A stretch of 64,000 nt of DNA, from contig VJWM01000173.1 in assembly GCA_010909165.1 (NCBI GenBank), positions 1-64,000 on the forward strand. Reading direction: 5' to 3'. The translations under genes and the position numbers were made by a program. Each line of letters starts with the position of its first letter. Within the stretch, counting starts at the first letter, position 1. Source of the DNA: Anthoceros angustus (lineage: Eukaryota; Plantae; Anthocerotophyta). This document shows, piece after piece, positions 58,816-64,000 of the stretch. The notes under the pieces were generated by a model. It saw nothing but the letters and a program-made list of their open reading frames with translations, was not told where the DNA came from and ran no database searches.

Positions 58816-61317
58816 GCCCGACGGCCGGGCCGCTGCTGCTTGGTGGGTAGGTAGGTAATCATGGGCATATTCCATTTCTTGTTCCCATTTCCTCGGACGT
58901 GTTAGCGGACAAAGTGCAAATTCATGGGCATGGGGCAGGCAGGCCAGCACCCTGCTTTCGTACTTAAATATGGAATGCACTAGACTGGTGCAGGGAATGC
59001 GGCAGCCAGCCAGGGCCCAGGGCGTAGCTGCAGCCTGCGAAACCAAGGCAAAAGGCCACAACTGGGCACAGCACGCCCACCACATTTGGCTGAGTTTTAC
59101 TGTGTAAAGCTCAGCTGGATGTATGTGGACTCTAGGCAAGCAAGGAAAGAGAGATAGAAAGAAAGAAAGAAGAGACGTCGGGTCTCCGCGAGCGGAAGTC
59201 GGGACTCGGGGCCGGGCCCTGGGCCCCGGGCCGGCGCTGTGAAGTGTGCAGTCGCAACTTGCTGCCGCTTGGCGAACCAAGGCTAATAACTTGAAAGGCT
59301 GGCGTCGCTCCTCCGGGTCCGGACTCCGCTTTTTAGGCTCATTACAAGGGAAGGGAGAGTCTATGGGCCTAGGGCTAGGCAAGGCAAGAAAAGGAAAAGA
59401 AAGAAAAAAAGGTTAAACTGGCCCGAGGACCCGAGGACCCGAGGCCCCGAGGCCCCGAGGCCCCGAGACCCCAGGCCCCCATTGGGTCCCACGTTCGCCC
59501 TCCCTCCGATTTACCCTCCTCGACCCCCTTTTTATTGCAGTCTCAGCTGTCGGCTGTTGGCTGTTAACAGGCTGCGGGCTGCTGCATCTTTACTGGGTGC
59601 TGCCAGAAAGCGTACCTATCTTGCAATGCTCCAATGGGTTTGCGTTTCGGGGCCGAGGCCCTAGCTGGCTAGCTATATACGCGCGCTCTACAATCACTGC
59701 TATCAAGCTCCGGCTTCGCCACATGGTGGATACAGATACTATTGGCCACCACTGTATCCAATACTACTCTACTCAACATGCAAGAGTGGGAGTCGTAGGG
59801 GGTTTTGGATTGGATTGAATTGAATTGTGGTGTGCAATATCTTTGCTACAATTGGTGCCTATTTATGTCCATACAGACTTTACAAGGTATCACATTGAAG
59901 GGCAGGCCAGGCCATGCCAGCCAGGCTTTCAAGCTTCACGCGGAATCTCATCACGCCCGTGTATGCAGTCTAGTCTAGTCTAGCCTAGTCTAGTCTAGTC
60001 TACATCCAAACTTGCGAGCTAGGGCTAGTGAAAAAGAAAGGCTGGCCGTCGGTGGCAGCCTGGAGCCAGGATGGATGGAGGGGTGCACTGCACTGCACCG
60101 CACGCCTTGGTATTGCAAGCCATGATGCAGCACGCGGAGATGCCTTGCTTTTACCATCATTGCACCCGCTGCCTGCTGTTATGACAGGGGATCCGCTTGT
60201 TAGTTAAGCTGCTCCGGTCTCCTCATGACACACTCTTTCCTTCTTTCCTTTTGGCATATCCTATGTATGTATCTATCCGGTGTATGCATACTCCCGCATG
60301 ACATGAGCATCGTATGTATGTATGTATGTATGTATGTAGGTATGAAGCTAGATAAGATACGCAGGCAGCCAGTGGGGCGGGCGTCTGGTGGGGACCGGGG
60401 AAGAGCAGGAGCCCTGGGCCTATCAGGTGGAGGGCAACAGAAGGAAGGGAGCAGCCATGAAATCTGATTCCGAAGTACAACAATGTCTACAAAGAATGAA
60501 GCGAGCTGGTCTGGCGGACGGGTGACAGCCCAATCAGAAGCCTGCTAGAGCCAGAGGTCCGGAGTCAAGGCTGCGCTGCGCGTGTGAACATGTGCTGGAA
60601 ACGCGGAAACCTGGCCATCCATTCCGCGGCGACGAGGGACGGATATGCCATGCCCATTTGCCCACGCCCCCGCCAATTCCAACTGCCGCGCCACACTCTC
60701 GCTCCACCACCCTGGACGTGTCCTGACTTGTCGGCGTCTCACACATCCGCTGCGGTGCCTGCCTCCTTTGCCTTGCCCTTCGGACTTGTGCGTCCTGTAG
60801 CAACTACTCGCCGGGGACCAGCCTCCTCCGACACTCACACGCCAGCTCCAGTCGCTCATCCGTCCAAGCCGGGCAGCTCAGGTCAGGTCAGGTAACAACA
60901 GGTCGACGATGCCTCCCAATTTCACTCCTCCTCTTCACCGCCTTCCGCCGGGTAACCGTGTCTGTAAGGGTACACCACTCCCACACGGTTGGCCTTGTTA
61001 ACTCACGCGGGCTACTACGCAACGCCAGTCGGTGGGGAGTTGGTGCCTGACAAGCATGCAACACATGGACAAGCAACGCCTGCAACGTGGTTCCTCCTTC
61101 CCTCACATGCAATTGCAGACATATCACTACAGCACTGACTCCAGACAATCAAATGCTTACGATATATAATCTTCCGCTGACACAAATTCTTCATGGTACA
61201 CTGGCAGTTTGCCAATGCCTGTAGTACACATGTTGTCTCACTAGATAAATAAAACAGCTATAATCTGGAGCAAGAACACATTATAACCTACCACTGCCAA
61301 TCTACAGCTGGAAAGCA

Positions 61318-64000
61318 CTAGGAGGTGAAGTTAGAATTAGGGTTCTTTCCTGTTAGAATCTGCATGATATGCAGTCCCCTACTGAAAGCTTCGTTGAACA
61401 ACATTCGGGTCTGCATATTCTGGAAGCCAGGCAACCACGATAGGCATGCTACCGGCACCATGACCAACAGCCCCATTGCGTACTCATACAGGCGCGCAAC
61501 CGCTACTACTATTGGCCACACTTGAGTATTTCCCAGGAACGGATGTCTCAGTACCTGCGTACATCACTTGTTAAAACCAGTATGCACACTTCACCGCACT
61601 CGAAAAACAGCGCCAACAACATTGACGATGCAAGCACAACAGCAAGCAACAACCCACCTGGGCTATTTGAAGGAGAGCCCATCCAGTTGGAACAAAAGCT
61701 AGAAAACTAATGAAGACATCAACGAGCTTAAATTTTGTCACGGTCGACAGCAAAACGAAGATAAAGATCACACCCAGGGCGTATAACAGCTGAACCAGCC
61801 TGTATAAGCTATGCCGCGTGGCACTATACTTCTCCCGGAGCGTGTTGAACACTGCTACCAAAGAGGCTACACCGAGCACGTAGAGCCAGGAATACAGGTA
61901 CACACCTATGCTCTTGCTTTCACCAGCAATATTGAGGCGGTAAACAATTCCCCACTGCAAGAACAGAAACCGACAGTTGAGCAGAATTTCCGCTGCCTTG
62001 CCTATAAGCCCGGTGATCTCCAGATGGGCTTGTTCCTCATCCCACCACCTTTCCCAACTCACCTTACCGTCAGTAAATCCAACCTCTCGGAAGAATATCC
62101 ACTGATTGAAATCCTCCCAATCCTCCACTGTCTTCAGCCAATCAAATCCCGAGGGGTTGAAAACAAAAGGGGCCATTAACCATGTAAGTGCCAAGAACCA
62201 GCTGGAAAGTGTTATCAAGATATACACAACCGAGCTCCTGTTCACCCCAAAACACTCGTACACAACGAGAAGCAGAACAAGCTCCAGCCCCTTCACAAAA
62301 TGACTCCGAGAGTAGAAACGATAATTTTCAGCGAACTTCTCGTGAGTGACCACAAAGCCTCGCCCAGTGGCACGATACTGCACATGAGAGGATGACAGCC
62401 ATACATTAGTACCGCACAAACAGGGACTTCACCACATCAAAACGCCGCGAGGGCAGGCTTCTAGAAGCTCACTCTGGCCCCTCCATGCAGTATAGTGCGT
62501 CCAAAATAGTGAGCCCTCGTCCCCAAAGAGAACGTGAAAAATACGGATGACAACTGCAGCTGCATCAGAATAAACTGCCATACAGCCTGCCCAAATCCCT
62601 TTTCCAAGGTGTTCTCCACAACCATAGGAAGAGCTGAGAATATGCCCAGTTGGACCAGAAACTGTTGATTCAAGGACGCTGTGAGGGCCTTGTTATCAAG
62701 ATGCGCAATGGACGATTCTACTCCACTTAGAGCCAAATACACTCGACCCCAAAGAAAGGCATAAACGCAGAGAACTACAGTCATGTTGCTCACAAAGAAC
62801 CCCACTGTCGTGTAATAGAATGATAGCATCCGGAAGAAATCTAAATGGTGCCCAAGCCGGTAGACATCCCTGCTCAAAACCTGTTCCCCATTTCCACTTG
62901 CTACTTTACCCTCAAACATAGAGATTTGGTTCAATCCAACATCCCGGCCTTTCCCAACCTGCAAGTGCAGAACCAACGAAAATCTCCATCGTCAAGATGC
63001 CTCATCCAATTAGCTCAAGGAACCACCCAACCACTCAACCAACCAACTAATGAGGCCACAGCCAACTGTCTGCTGCCTTGGCACACTACGAGACTTACCT
63101 GAATGTACTCCTGGTGAGTGACATTTCCACCACGCTCAGTGCAGTTAAACCCTGCAAATATATCCTCGCTGATATTGATCACTTTGGAAGCCTTGCTGAT
63201 GCCACCCCGAGTCAAAAACCAGAGTCTGTCAAACACGTCCGGGTGGCCATAGTGCATACGCACTTTCAAAGGTGTTGCAAGTACACGCTGTCCCAGTGTC
63301 ACAAAGCTGGTCTCCTGAGCAGACATGAACTTGGCCAAGGACGACACTGCACCAGTGAAAACATGTTCCCTCACTCCTAGAATTGTCGGCACTTTTCTTC
63401 CATGGACAACGTGAAATTCTTCCAAAAGGTTGCGCATCTTCAAAGCCTCTTCGAAGTAGTTTTCCTGGAAACATGACCAAGGAAAATGATGTGAGTACTC
63501 CGGAGCAGTAAACATATGCAAACCAGTGAAGGACAGGTGTTGGGTTTGCACCTGGTTCATGTCAATCGTCTGTATTGCATCACCTCTTGTGAAGATTAAG
63601 GCATGATTCTGATTTTCTGGCTTTCCTTCTCCAAGAATCAAAGGACCAGGCAGTTCTACCCGGTAAACCTCCACCTCAGTCTGTGTGGCAGGGTCGTGTT
63701 TCACCAGAACCGAAGAGTACGATGCATTTCTGTAATCAACGTAAGCAACTCTCAGGCCTTCATAGGTCTTCAACAAGTACTGTATTTCTGCTGCTTTCTG
63801 TTCCTTCTTGGCCTTTTGCTCCCCGTACACTTGGCAGGCTGCAACATACGTGAACTTCATCGATGCCATTGCATGATATTTTTCCGCGGAGCTAGCAAGT
63901 CCTGTGTGACGCTCACTAAGTTCTCTCATGGACCTGCTGTCCGCAGCAGCACCTGACTGTTGCAGACCTCCTCCTTCCCGAGCATCCTTAAGTTGCAACT
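61318..64000 (-). CDS. CALS: Callose synthase (1,3-beta-glucan synthase, GT48), 3' portion; the gene continues beyond the window
   Basis: Exons >63998-63552, 63464-63099, 62958-62473, 62377-61658 and 61554-61318 join in frame. Motifs: KFTYVAACQVYG, GEGKPENQNHA, QTIDMNQ, MHYGHPDVFDR, SEDIFAG, VGKGRDVGLNQ, YRATGRGF, FNPSGFDWLK and QTRMLFNEAFSRGL. The SAQETSFVTLGQRVLA.PLKVRMHYG variant suggests the GSL1/GSL5 (CalS11/12) clade. Confidence 0.97.

Noticed and set aside
57406-59382. Long ORFs of 175-337 aa on both strands
   Set aside because: Their composition is dictated by microsatellites (LALALA, SQSQSQ, PLPLP) in GC-rich DNA, with no domain evidence.

Overview
Eukaryotic land-plant nuclear DNA. 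The GC-rich exons, short GT-AG introns (about 60-250 nt), a PLS-type PPR remnant and microsatellite-dense intergenic DNA suggest a seed-free plant, possibly a hornwort; this is inference only. The window has two halves. About 1-35 kb is a nested graveyard of degenerate transposons: a tandem array of 5S-rRNA-like internal promoters beside a CRE-clade (RT+RLE) non-LTR element, a Ty1/copia remnant, a 10.8-kb CACTA element containing a Ty3/gypsy fragment and several satellites, a second opposite-strand CACTA transposase, a 2-kb palindromic satellite, an L1-type LINE, and an AT-rich block with an intact 448-aa orphan ORF of seven 28-aa repeats. About 35-64 kb holds host genes, all on the minus strand: a divergent GT34-like glycosyltransferase directly behind a decayed PPR-DYW gene, an 11-exon TRM8 tRNA m7G methyltransferase, an intronless MAPKKK with a hydrophobic C-terminal tail, and the 3' part of a callose synthase. 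The most interesting signals are the 5S-derived array next to the CRE element, the orphan repeat ORF, and the non-canonical GT34 with a duplicated splice acceptor. All homology calls come from motif recognition by eye; no searches were run.
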